Part shown: one piece after another, positions 13,340 through 24,260 of the stretch
Layout: the number at the start of each line of letters is the position of its first letter
Numbering within the stretch: position 1 is the stretch's first letter
NCBI RefSeq assembly: GCF_963921235.1
Contig: NC_086097.1
Span: 137,146,001-137,210,000 of the forward strand
Length of the DNA: 64,000 nucleotides
Reading direction: 5' to 3'
DNA from: Mobula hypostoma
Taxonomy: Eukaryota
Program-made: the position numbers and the translations under genes
The notes under the pieces: model-generated
Database searches by the model: none
What the model saw: the letters and a program-made list of their open reading frames with translations, nothing else
What the model was told of the DNA's origin: nothing

Positions 13340-13790
13340 AACATTGATTTCTCAAACTTCCGCTAATGCCCCACCTCCCCCTCATACTCCATCCGTTATT
13401 TATTTATATACACACATTCTTTTTCTCTCTCTTTTTCTCCTTCTGTCCCTCTCACTATACCCCTTGCCCATCCTCTGGCTTCTCTCTCCCCCCCCCTTTT
13501 CTTTCTCCCTGGGCCTCCTGTCCCGTGATCCTCTCATATCCCTTTTGCCAATCACCTGTCCAGCTCTTGGCTCCATCCCTCCCCCTCCTGTCTTCTCCTA
13601 TCATTTTGGATCTCCCTCTCCCACTTTCAAATCTCTTATTAGCTCTTCCTTCAGTTAGTCCTGACGAAGGGTCTCGGCCCGAAACGTCGACTGTACCTCT
13701 TCCTAGAGATGCTGCCTGGCCTGCTGCATTCACCAGCAACTTTGATGTGTGTTGCTTGAATTTCCAGCATCTGCAGAATTCCTTGTGCTT
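13340..13790 (+). mobile_element. Penelope-like element 3' end / pLTR
   Basis: Begins with codons NIDFSNFR* (13340-13366), which I recognise as a vertebrate PLE ORF C-terminus. Then a pyrimidine-rich UTR, a hammerhead motif, and the gatgctgcctggcctgctg...ccagcatctgcagaatt terminus shared with other copies in the window. Confidence 0.8.
13657..13692 (+). ncRNA. Minimal type-I hammerhead ribozyme motif (PLE-associated)
   Basis: AGTC-CTGACGA-A-GGGTC-TC-GGCCC-GAAAC-GTC-GACT: stem I AGTC/GACT, core CUGANGA and GAAA, stem II GGGUC/GGCCC, palindromic ACGU stem III, GUC cleavage triplet at 13686-13688. Confidence 0.75.
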
Positions 13791-15947
13791 AGGTAGGAGA
13801 AGGAAAGGAATAAAGCAAGGACTGCCCATGTTAGAGTCTCCTCAAAGATTTTATTCTGTTAAATTGGGTTAAGAAATCTCAGCCCACAAAAAGCCACAAA
13901 AACATTAAAAGTTGTCACTTTTGAAGTTTACTTACAAATCGCTCAAGACATTTGTGTGAAAGTCTACTTTAGTCTGCATACCTGTGTGCCCAGTCATTAA
14001 TCCGATTAGTTTGAACAGCAGTAAATATCACAAGACAAGGGACTGCTTCCAACGTACATGTTGGTGTCATCTCACCCCAGCCCACTGCTTCAGAACAAGC
14101 ACAAAAAAAAGGCCGACATTCCTTTGTATGGTCTAAGTAATATTGCACTGACAAAGGGATCAAATTTTGGATGGGATGTTAAATTAAATCCCAACTTCCC
14201 TTCTAAAGAGATTCAAAGAGATCCCTGGGTTTTATTTCAAAGGAGTATCATCTCCAGTATTCTGGCTGATAGATATCCTCTAACATTAAACACAAATAGA
14301 TTATCTTCACATTGCTGAGTGTGGAAGATGAACGCATGCAAATTGGTTGCTAAGTTACATAAAACAGGGACAAAAATTCAAAATCATTTATTGGCTGCAA
14401 GGCACTTTGGAACATACTGAAAATGAAGCAGAAGGCACTCCAGAAGCAGGTTGTGTGTGCAGCAGCAAGCTCCCCTTTTCCCCTCACTCGCCGAGGAATG
14501 AGCGCTCTCCGTTTTGCTTCAGTAGCTTCATCAGAGATTGCGTTAGATTTACGGTCCTGCTTCTGGACACCCAAGTAGGAGACGACTTTCTCACATTTGG
14601 GGGTCAATTCAAATTTTTTTTGTTGGAGAACGTTTGGAAGGGAACTGGAATGAGGGTGGGGAAATGGAGCCAAGGTACAAACAGACCTAATGCAACAGAA
14701 GCTGAAGCATCTTCAAAGGCTGCCCATGCTATGGTCCTATTAACAGGAGCAGACTGGGAGGTGATGATGGATGCTCTTCAATCCATCCTGCCAGTTGTCC
14801 ATCATCAACTCATTCCTGTGACTTTTGCCACTCAGTTCAACAGATACTGAGAGTACCAGCTGAATCGGGGGCCTCGGGACTGGAGGCCTAGAGGCCTCAC
14901 CAGGAGTTGGAGGACTCTCCACACGTGCGGATAGGAGAGAAGCTGGAAGAGAAAAGGGTCTTCTACAACCGTGCTAATTTTTCCCCAATACAGTGAAAGC
15001 AGATTGAGAAACATTTACAACCGCAGAGGTCTGCGGTTGACTATTACCAGTAGCTAATCTCACTGAACACAAATCTAATGCAAGGCGATTACCCTGATGT
15101 TAACACTGGAGGGCCCAAAGTGGTGTCCTAACTGCATTCCCCAGGCAAAACCCATCTCACAGCCACTCAGAAATGGTGAGCGACCAAAACCTTGCAAACT
15201 AATGGTATTTTAAAGAATATTTTAAAGCAGGAAAGCACATTGAAAAAGCAGAAAGATTGGGGGAGAGGGGAGGGGATGCCAAAGCAGATGAATAACAAAC
15301 AAGAAAGTGAAGTTTGTGGATGATCAAGGGGCCAGAAACAGATGGACACAAACTCCTCTGGACTCTGCAAGAGATTACAGAGAAGGAAATGGATTTAAAA
15401 ACAAGAATAAAATATTATACTTTAGGAATCAACAGGAAGCGAGTCTCACACTTGCCTGGAGTGAAAACTAGAGCCTAACCTTCAGAGTTAGCAAACAAGG
15501 TTTTCTGCCCAAATTGTTGCAGCTTTCTCCATACCTGGGATCATTTATTCCAACCTTACTCTTTTTTTTACAGATAGCATTGAGGATGCCGATTACCTGT
15601 GTTGAAGAACATCTCAAAACCAAGAGGCTACTTTGCCTTTTGGTTCCTTTTCTGCTCTCAATCAAAGCTCAGACTTTAAAATCTATCCCTCTTCCATACA
15701 GACTTCCAAGAAAGAAGAAAATGCTAAGACATTCCTAACACCCATAATGATTCACAAAGCCTCCACAGAAAAATTAAATGCAGTTCAGTACTCAGACACT
15801 GAGCCCACTTATTAAAATTGTCTCTTGGACACAGAAGTGATAATGGCCGAGGCCACATCGCACCGCCAGTGTTAGGTTCCCGTTTACTACCTAAATTTAG
15901 ATAACATCAAGGTTTATCACTTCATTGATCTGCAAAAACAGACCATG

Positions 15948-16179
15948 TTATCCCTTTCCATGTCTTGTGGCACATAGGGTGGCAACCTTGCAGTTTCATT
16001 AGCATTTTTGCCTGTTGCTGTTTTTATATGTGTGTGTGTGTGTATATATACGAGTCTGAGTTGCTAGCTCGATGCTCAGCCCAGCACGGATGGAAAGCCT
16101 GCAGGGAGCTGGCCAGATCCGAACCCCAGGACAACTTGCCTCAACGTCTGGAGCTGATGACACTGCACCACCAGCCAGC
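15948..16179 (-). mobile_element. tRNA-derived SINE (same family as 63644-63820)
   Basis: Minus-strand A-box-like TGGTGCAGTG and B-box GGTTCGGATC. Shared core gctcga(c/t)gctca.cccagc..ggatggaaagc. Flanking direct repeats gcaaaaac[a/t]gac[c/t]atg at 15932-15947 and 16178-16193. Confidence 0.7.
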
Positions 16180-16217
16180 AAAAACTGACTATGCTGCCGC
16201 AATTAATAATGGCCAAA

Positions 16218-16730
16218 CATTACTAATACTACGTCGACTCAGTCCTAGGGGGCCGGCGTCGGGCACGATGACGGACTCTCCACTTCTCCCTCTCCCTCAT
16301 CAGTGTGTTCAGTTCATCTACATTAGCCGCGCCGCTGTCTTCTAGGAGCGTGTTGACCATAGTCTTGGGAGGGCGCCCAGGGTTCATCCTCCCGTGCTTG
16401 GGCTCCCATACGATGACTAGGCTGGCAGGTAGCTCGGGATGGTGTAGACAGTGCCCCACTAGTTGCAGTCTTCTCGCCTCGATTTTAGTGGTGAGCATCG
16501 GTAGGTCATTATAGAGCTTGACGTTCGTCGTGTGCTGTTGCCAACTCACGTCAAGAGCCATCCGGAGCATTTGAGTATAGCAACCATCTAGAGACTTTCG
16601 CATCGTCTTGGTGAGTGTCCACATCTCGCATCTGTACGTGAGAATGGACACTATGACTGCTATGAAAATCTTCTTTTTAAGCCCTCTGGTCAGGTTCGAC
16701 TTCCAGATTTCCTTCATGTCGTTCATGGTG
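16218..16730 (-). mobile_element. RTE-clade LINE, 5'-truncated C-terminal fragment
   Basis: Open 165-aa ORF with SILTY..E.WTLTK..LDGCYT.MLRMAL.VSWQQH, RRLQL.GHC..HPE and GRP motifs. Stop runs into a short TAG-like repeat tail. Confidence 0.8.
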
Positions 16731-17089
16731 AAACAGTCAGTACTGGATCACATGCATGAAGTGTGATCTTCATGACTGATAATTAGGGCATGTCCTAATT
16801 CAGGAAGAATGCCAAGCACCTTTATGCTCTCTTTAGTATTATTTGAACATGAAAATGAACACCACTAATACTTGCAGTAACTGAGCACTACTGGAAGATA
16901 CAAGATACTCTTTTCCTTGAAGCAGAGATGGTGGCGTTTATAATCTAATCAGAGCAATATAGCAGGTGAGTAACATGAGCACACAGAATGAAAAAACTAA
17001 CAGAAAAATCATAAGGGAAACATTGAGTTATTGAATTGTGGAATGCATTGCTGGAAATGGACAGTGGAAGCAGTCAATGGGAAAAGGGA

Positions 17090-17310
17090 CACACACAAAC
17101 ACTGGAGGAACTCAGGTGGTCAGGTAGCATCTATAGAAAAGAATCAACAGTCGACATTCCAGCCCGAGGTCCTTCTCTAGTTCTGAAGAAGCATCTCGGC
17201 CCAAAGCCTTGACTGTTTATTCATTTCCATAGATGCTGCCTGACCTGCTGAGTTCCTCCAGCATTTTGTATGTGTTGCTTTGGATTTCCAACATCTGCAG
17301 AAATTGTGTT
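17090..17310. mobile_element. Penelope-derived inverted pLTR pair (palindromic remnant)
   Basis: ctggaggaactcag...agcatctat...aacagtcgac is mirrored by gactgttt...atagatgctgcc...ctgagttcctccag. Hammerhead cores degenerate. Confidence 0.7.
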
Positions 17311-17854
17311 TATTAGAAAAAGGGGCTGGATTGATACTTGAAGGGAAAAAATATTATGAGGAAAGAATGGGTTCAATTGGATAGTTCGGGCAAACAGCTA
17401 GTGTAGACATGACGGATTCACGTGAAATTGGGTAGGGTTGGGTCAAATGTCAACCTTATATCCTGTTGCCTGCATCTCAGAGTTATACTTACTGATATAC
17501 ATGTACCTTAAACTTTGTTAAGTGCTGGCTTTAAAAGGTATTGAAGTAAAGCATAGTTTGAAATCAGAGCACACCCCTCTCATTAGTTCCCAATGTATGG
17601 ATCGGGTTTAAAAAAACCTCGAGTCAATTTTAAACCCCGGATAATTTTTCTTTGAATACAAAGCATTCATCATTGACTTCCTCTTCATTCCATTTAATAT
17701 AAACACCATACATTATAGAAATGGAGAAATGTGGCATGACACGAGGGTAGCAAATGTAAATACGAGATGGGGAAGAAATGGAAGAAAAAGCTTTAATGTT
17801 GTTTCAAAATGTATCACAGCCAATAAAAGTTTGTTCTCAAGAATGAAATATATC

Positions 17855-20479
17855 TTTTTTTGGTTGTTTTTTTTCCTAAAAAAATTTTATTTCTGGAAAA
17901 TTTTTTAACCCCGAACCCTTGAGTCAGTGTTGAATTTATGTAAATCATAGCTTTCAAAACATAAAATTATCCATAAAATAAAAACAAACATGGCAGAAAT
18001 AAATATCAATTATAATAACCATGTGTATCTATTTAGACCTCTAATAACAGAAAAGGCTGCCATTCAGCAATATGCTTCACCACACATTCACCAGTATTCC
18101 CCCCCCCCGCCTCAGGAAACCTAAATATTTGCCCCATTTTTGAGTATAGATGTCCAATCTATCAAACTGTTTGTAAGACATGCATTCAAAAGCTGGCACT
18201 TTGGCTATTTCTGAGACCTACTCCTGAAATGATAGCTCCCCCCAAGTTCCTTCAACCTCTAAGTATAATTTGTCTTCCTACCATTACACTTGTCTGAATC
18301 CAATTTTGAGAGTGTTTATCCCCAAGTAACCCAAGTGTGTCTCCCAAGACAAAAAGTCTGGGGCAGAAAGGGAGTTGAATACCTGAAACTTCACCAACAT
18401 ACTTATGTATCATAATCTGAAATTCTTGAATTCTGGGACAGGACCAGAGAGCGTGTACTAAGTCCCCTTTATCCACCTCTCAGCGCCAGCATTCAGGGGT
18501 GTTTTACAACCCTAATCTATGTAACCTTGCTGGAGTCCAATAAAAACGGTGCAGAATCTTAAACTGAATAAGGCGCACCCTCAGGCCTCTTGACATTGTT
18601 TTGATAATTTTGCAAATTTTGTCTCACTCTTTTGTCTCAAAAGTCACACTCAGATCTTTCTCCCATGCTCTTTTAAGACCCAACAGAATTTTGTCCCCGG
18701 AGATTTTTGTTAAAGCTGAATAATAAGTTGAAGCTTTGTGACCTTTACCATATGCAGCCAATACAGTAGACAACATCGTAGCAACTTGTGGGGGCTGCTG
18801 TGTAGAACTAAAAGTTGTAGGTAGCAAATGACGCAATTGAACATATCTCCAAAATTGTGATCTAGAGATATCATACTGTTGGGATAATTGATTAAAAGAT
18901 TTTAAACTATCACCATTATAAAGGTCTCCCAATTTAATTATACCTTTCCCTTGCCATTCCCTCCAGAAGAAAGGGGACTTATCAATATACAACTTTGGAT
19001 TCATCCAGATACTCAAGGCTTCATTCCAAAATGGATTAAATTTAAATAATCTGGCTAGCTAATTCCAAAACAAATGCATATGCGATATAATTGGGTGAGA
19101 CCTCGCTTCGGGAGGTAACTTGATAGACAAATGGAGGGATGGGAGGAAGAGCAGAACACTCAATACGATACCAAGGAGACAGTCTCTCCGGAGGGAAAGA
19201 CCTAAATGTGCTAAATGTTTAAGAGTAAAGGCATAGTAATAGTATATTAACTTTGGCAAGCCTAAGACCCTCCCCCCCCCCCTTTTCAACTGGCAATTGT
19301 AATTTGTTAAAGTTTAAGCGTGGGCGTTTACCATTCCAAATAAAAGCCTTGGGTATTTTATCAAATTGCTTAAAATATGTTAATGGGATTTGCAGTGGTA
19401 ACGATTGGAACAGATAATTAATCTGTGAAATGCTATTCATCTTCAAGGCATTTACTTTTCCCGACATTGAAAAATACAAAAATACAAAAATACATCTGTC
19501 CACATCACATGAAATTCTCTGCAATAATGGATCAAAATTTATTTTTACTAAATCCTTCAATTCAGGGGGAAAGTTAATACCTAAATATTGTATACCTTTC
19601 TTTGGCCAGTGAAATTGGCCTGGGTAAAGGCAGATGCAGGGCAATATGCAGTTAACGGTAGTACTCCTGATTTTGTCCAATTAACCTTATAACCTGAGAA
19701 CCTAAAGTAAGACCTTATGATGTTAAAAAGACATGGCACTGACCGACTAGGGTCCGACACAAATAATAAAATATCACCCACATAAAGCATCAATTTATGA
19801 ACCTGTCCTCCCACAGATATCCCTATAAAGTTCGCATTCTCTCTAATAGCTGCTGCCAGGGGCTCCAGAGTTAGACAGAACAACATTGGAGAAAGTGGAG
19901 AACCCCGTTGGGTACCCCTTCCGAGAGAGAAGTAAGGTGAAATGTAACCACTAGTTTGAACCGCTGCTTCAGGGTTATTATATAACAGTCTAATCCATTT
20001 TAAAAAGATGGGTCCAAATCCAAAAAAATTGAAGAATCTTATACAGATAGTCCCATTCCACCTGATCAAATGCCTTTTCAGCATCGAGTGAGATAGCTGC
20101 TACAGGTGACTGATTATCGGCCACCGACCACATAATATTCACCAGACGCCTGATGTTATCAGATGAGCTGTGGCCCCTGATAAATCCCACCTGATCACTA
20201 TGTATCAACCATGGGTTATTACTGTATATAAACGGTTTGCAAGGATCTTTGATAAAATTTTCACATCTATTGGGATTAGGGAAATTGGTCTATAATTCTT
20301 ACATTCACATGGGTCTTTACCCTCTTTCAGAATCAATGTAATTAGTGCTTGCGATAAAGTAGGGGGTAAATTACCCCACTCTATAGACTCATTGTACATA
20401 TTCAGCAGTAGTGGAGCTAGTTCCTCCGCAAAGCATTTAAAATATTTCACTGTAAATCCATCTGGGCCAGGAGAAAAAA
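17855..20479 (-). mobile_element. L1-clade LINE, 5'-truncated ORF2 (RT + Cys-rich C-terminus) with poly(A) tail and 16-bp TSD
   Basis: Frameshifted ORFs with SPGPDGF, NYRPISLI..DVKILSKILANRL, DQVGFI.G, SLDAEKAFD.VEW, RGT..G.PLSP.LF, LY.GDILL and H.LWSCP. AATAAA at 17891-17886 then an A-rich tail. Identical AAGAATGAAATATATC at 17839-17854 and 20480-20495. Confidence 0.92.
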
Positions 20480-20508
20480 AAGAATGAAATATATCATTAA
20501 GTCCTTAC

Positions 20509-20625
20509 CTACAACTGGTGTCACAGTTAATCTGTATTCTTGAAATTTTCCCCTAGGGGCTTTCCATGTGATCTTCACACTGTCCTGAGACATTATAGAA
20601 AACTTTAATCTTGTTGGAGAGGCAA
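20509..20625 (-). CDS. COL14A1: Collagen alpha-1(XIV)-like exon, first half of the N-terminal FN3 domain ((V)ASPTRLKFSIMSQDSVKITWKAPRGKFQEYRLTVTPVV(G))
   Basis: 117-bp exon, cttgtag acceptor and G|gtaagg donor, phase 1-1, in frame with neighbours. PTRL and WKAPRGKF match the collagen XIV FN3-1 motif (VAPPTRLRY..SWKAPRGKF). Confidence 0.93.
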
Positions 20626-22409
20626 CTACAAGGTGTACACAAAAAAAAAGAGAAAAAATGAAGGTTAACTCAGCATTTGAAACAGATGTCATCGCTACAT
20701 CAGAACAGTGGTTTAATCCACAGTGCCTGCACACCATGTCAACACCAATAATCAAGACAAACTACATTTACCACAATATTTAACAGGGCTCCAAACTATT
20801 TGTACTGCCTGGTTCCTCAGTGTTGCTCTGTGCATCAAATTGATAATTTCAAATCTGCACAGCTCTGCATTTCTCTTTTAAACTTAGAGTTTCAAAGCCA
20901 ATTGTTAAACCAGCTCGCCACCTGCAAGCAATATATGCTTCTGCTAAATCACTCTTTAGCATAGAGCCCAGTTTAAAACCACACTATGAAAATTTATTAG
21001 TTAGTATGAAGAAAAACTACTTTGCAAGCAAGCTTTTCCTCAGGAGGGCATTCTGTGTTGATCCAAGATCTGTGCAATATAGCTTGTAGACAGCAAGTTG
21101 TGTAATATAACACTCTTTCTCTTTGCCATCCAATGTACAATCCAAGTGACTTGTCCTGCTATTTATTTCAGGCTTTAATGAAAGGTGATGAAATACTAAT
21201 CCTTCCTTTATTTGTCTACTTAGTAATGAGAAAGAGAAGTGTATGTTTTCCATTACCAAAAACACACCTGTTAAATAACACCATTGCAAACTCAGGGGTC
21301 ATAACAAGACAGGTTTGGGACCCAGAAAGTAATGGTAGATGCAGATTTGAACACTATCTCCCTTCAGAATAGGAAGGTTTGGATTATGTTAGCTGAAGCT
21401 CCAAGCACACGGGACCCCTGATGCTTCTTAGCTATGACCATTGCTCTCGAAAATCAAAAGCGGCAAACACTACGAGTCACCTAGCATTACTAAAACATCA
21501 GAAACAGAAATTATTTTGTGCCAAAATACAACCAATGGTTAACCAGGTACAGTGACCAATTTATAAGCAAAATTATTTCAACAGTGAGAGTATTTGAGGC
21601 AATTTCAACAATAGACAAATTGTATTAAATCTAAGTTCCTGCACCAAAACTCTTTGCTGTCATTTATCCTGCTATCCGTAGTTCTTGGGCGACTTGTCCA
21701 GCATAGTTTATGAAAACTCTGATGAGCCAAATGCAGAGCACCTGGTTTCTAATGAAAACTAATGATCTGATATTTAGGTAATTCACTGCCATAGAAATAC
21801 TACCAGAACACATCATGGAAATACCACCTGCTCCTTTTCATTCTCCCAGCAAAATGACTGTATGAAATGTTTAATTCTGCTTGGGACTGCAGTAACAAGA
21901 GCACCAGTTCCTCAGTGTGTCATGGACCTGTGGTGTGGCAGAATTCAATAGCATCCTTGAGTTAAGTTCCTCCTCGTCCTTAACACCCGATTCCAGGAAC
22001 CTCCCTCACTGACAAAGGACTTTTGAACTCATTTGGTTCCTTTATCTACAGTATCCCACACATGCCCAATATCCAACAATCTTCACAAATATGAAAGGGC
22101 CTGAGGCTCTGTATCTCCCTCCCTTTCATCTAACTATCTCTTACAGAGGTATAGAGCCATACATGGGCCCTTCAGCCCAATGCCTCCAAGCTAGCCATCA
22201 TTTGCATTAATCTTACTAATCCCCACAATCCTAACAGCTTCCCCAGGATTCCATCCCTCACCTACACAAGGAGCAAGTAACCTACCTACATTGTCTTCAC
22301 ACAAAAGCCACTCCTTAAAGCCTACCACTTTGACCAACCTTTGGATCACCCGCTTCAAGGTCGCTTCATACAGCTCAAACCACACTCCTCTCAAGCAACT
22401 CAAGACACT

Positions 22410-22541
22410 GCAACACACATCAAATTTGCTGGTGAACGCAGCAGGCCAGGCAGATGCCTGGCCTGCTGTGTTCACCAGCAAATTTGATGTGTGTTGCTTG
22501 AATTTCCAGCATCTGCAGAATTTCTCATGTTTACGTTTTTA
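22410..22541. mobile_element. Short Penelope-derived palindromic insertion with 13-bp TSD
   Basis: 43-bp inverted arms (22410-22452 and 22455-22497, one mismatch). AACTCAAGACACT at 22397-22409 and 22542-22554. Confidence 0.85.
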
Positions 22542-23449
22542 AACTCAAGACACTTCAGTGTTAAAACATGCTGCCCAGATAAAATGGCAAAACACCAAGA
22601 CATTTTTGATTTATAAACTTTGAAGTCCATGCCTTCAAGGGTGAAATATTAGTTTTCATCAGCTGGGTGCTAATATCAGGTGGGACAAGATAAGAATGGA
22701 ACTCACTGCACAGGTGAATTCACTTCACACATCTGTGTTAATGGTAAAGACTCATTCAGCTTAATCTCCTTCCCACCTCTTGCTCTTTGTGTGCACTTCA
22801 CTTGCTCATTCTAAAGCCTGCAGAAATAATGGAAGTTTTTGGCTCCACTTCATCATTGGGTTGTAATTTCATACCACCAATTAATAGGCTCACAGGTACT
22901 CCTATCAATTACCTTAAACCTGCTAGCCATCAACTTCCCCACTGAGGGTATTTAGCCCTTTCTCATCATTACTTAATGATCCTCACAGATGCCCCTCCAC
23001 AAACAAGAGATTCTGCAGATGCTGGACAGATCTCCCTTCTGCTCCAAGATGAAGTACCATCATTGACAAACCAAGTTGTTCTCAGTTAATGCTCTCCAGC
23101 CTCGACTGCATCTGAGGGACAGACTGAGCTGGACATTCGGATCACGGAGAAGGAAAGGCTTAGGGAGATCAGGTGGGGAGGCCAAGCTTAAACCAAAGAT
23201 CAGATCAGCTGTAGCATTGTTGAATAGATGAGCTGCCTCAGGGAGGACCCGTCTCCAGCCCATAGTGATGTTCTCTTGTTTCTTCTGCACTGCCACATCT
23301 CTCCAATAGAACTGATAAGCAGTGCTTCAGCTGAAGCCCACCAGTGTTGTCCAACCAAACACTCTTGTGCTGGGCTCTTGGTATCTGAAGAAAGCATCAT
23401 CCCATTTTTGTTTTATACACACACACACACCACTCCTTACCCTTAGTTC

Positions 23450-24260
23450 CCTTTGTTGACTAAGATATAAATCCTATCACATATGCCTTCTTAAGCTTGA
23501 TATCTACCTGTCCACCACATTCAAGGGATCCATGGGTATGAACAACTTGATCCTCATTCCACCACATTCTCTGACCTATCACTGAGTGCCCTGCCCATAT
23601 GCCTCACCAAACACTGTGTCAGACAAAATTCCATTTGCCGCCTTCCTGCTTCCAGCTTTGTACTGCACCGGTCTCCTCCTGCAGTCGCCAGCTTTCACCA
23701 CAGTACAACCCACTTGACAACTTCACTGTCATTCTGAACAACCGCATGACGCCCACTATCTTTGTCCACACCAGCAGCTGATGTCACAGGCAGCAAGGAA
23801 CCTAACACCAAGCCCTGTGAAGCCCCATTGCACGATGCCCTGCAGTAACCAAGACAAGACTTTATTACTGAACCCCGTTGCAGAGTGCCCTGCAGTAACC
23901 AAGACAAGATTTAATTACTGCTTGCTTCCTACCACTGAGACAATTTTGGACTCAATTTACCACTCCCCCAACCCCCGTGGACCCTGAAGCTTTTACTTTT
24001 CTGCTTAGGTGCCACCTGAAACTTGTCAAACACCTTGTTGAAATCCACATAGGCCAAATCAAACTCTTTTCCTTCCACAACCTCTCATTACACCCTCCAA
24101 CAATTCAAACAGAATATTTTCCTCATTAAATCCATATAGATGGTCCCTGATCAAGCAGTGACTTTTGGGAAGATGATTTACGCTGACTGTCAGAACCTTT
24201 TCCACCATATGTTCTACTGATGATGGCCCACAATTACTTTGTCTACCCCTCTCTCTAACT
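23450..24260 (-). mobile_element. Very old LINE (CR1/L2-like) RT remnant containing a 50-bp tandem duplication (~23820-23920)
   Basis: Residual GASQGLVLGSLL (G.PQG.VLG.LL-like) motif and gtcaaacaccttgttgaaatccacata (reverse strand YVDF.KVFD-like). tgccctgcagtaaccaagacaaga repeated at 23836 and 23886. Confidence 0.45.

Noticed and set aside
14347..15050. Overlapping ORFs of 107 and 167 aa in unique intronic sequence as a possible extra exon or nested gene
   Set aside because: No recognisable domain. The flanking FN3 half-exons join perfectly without it, and no convincing acceptor/donor pair was found.
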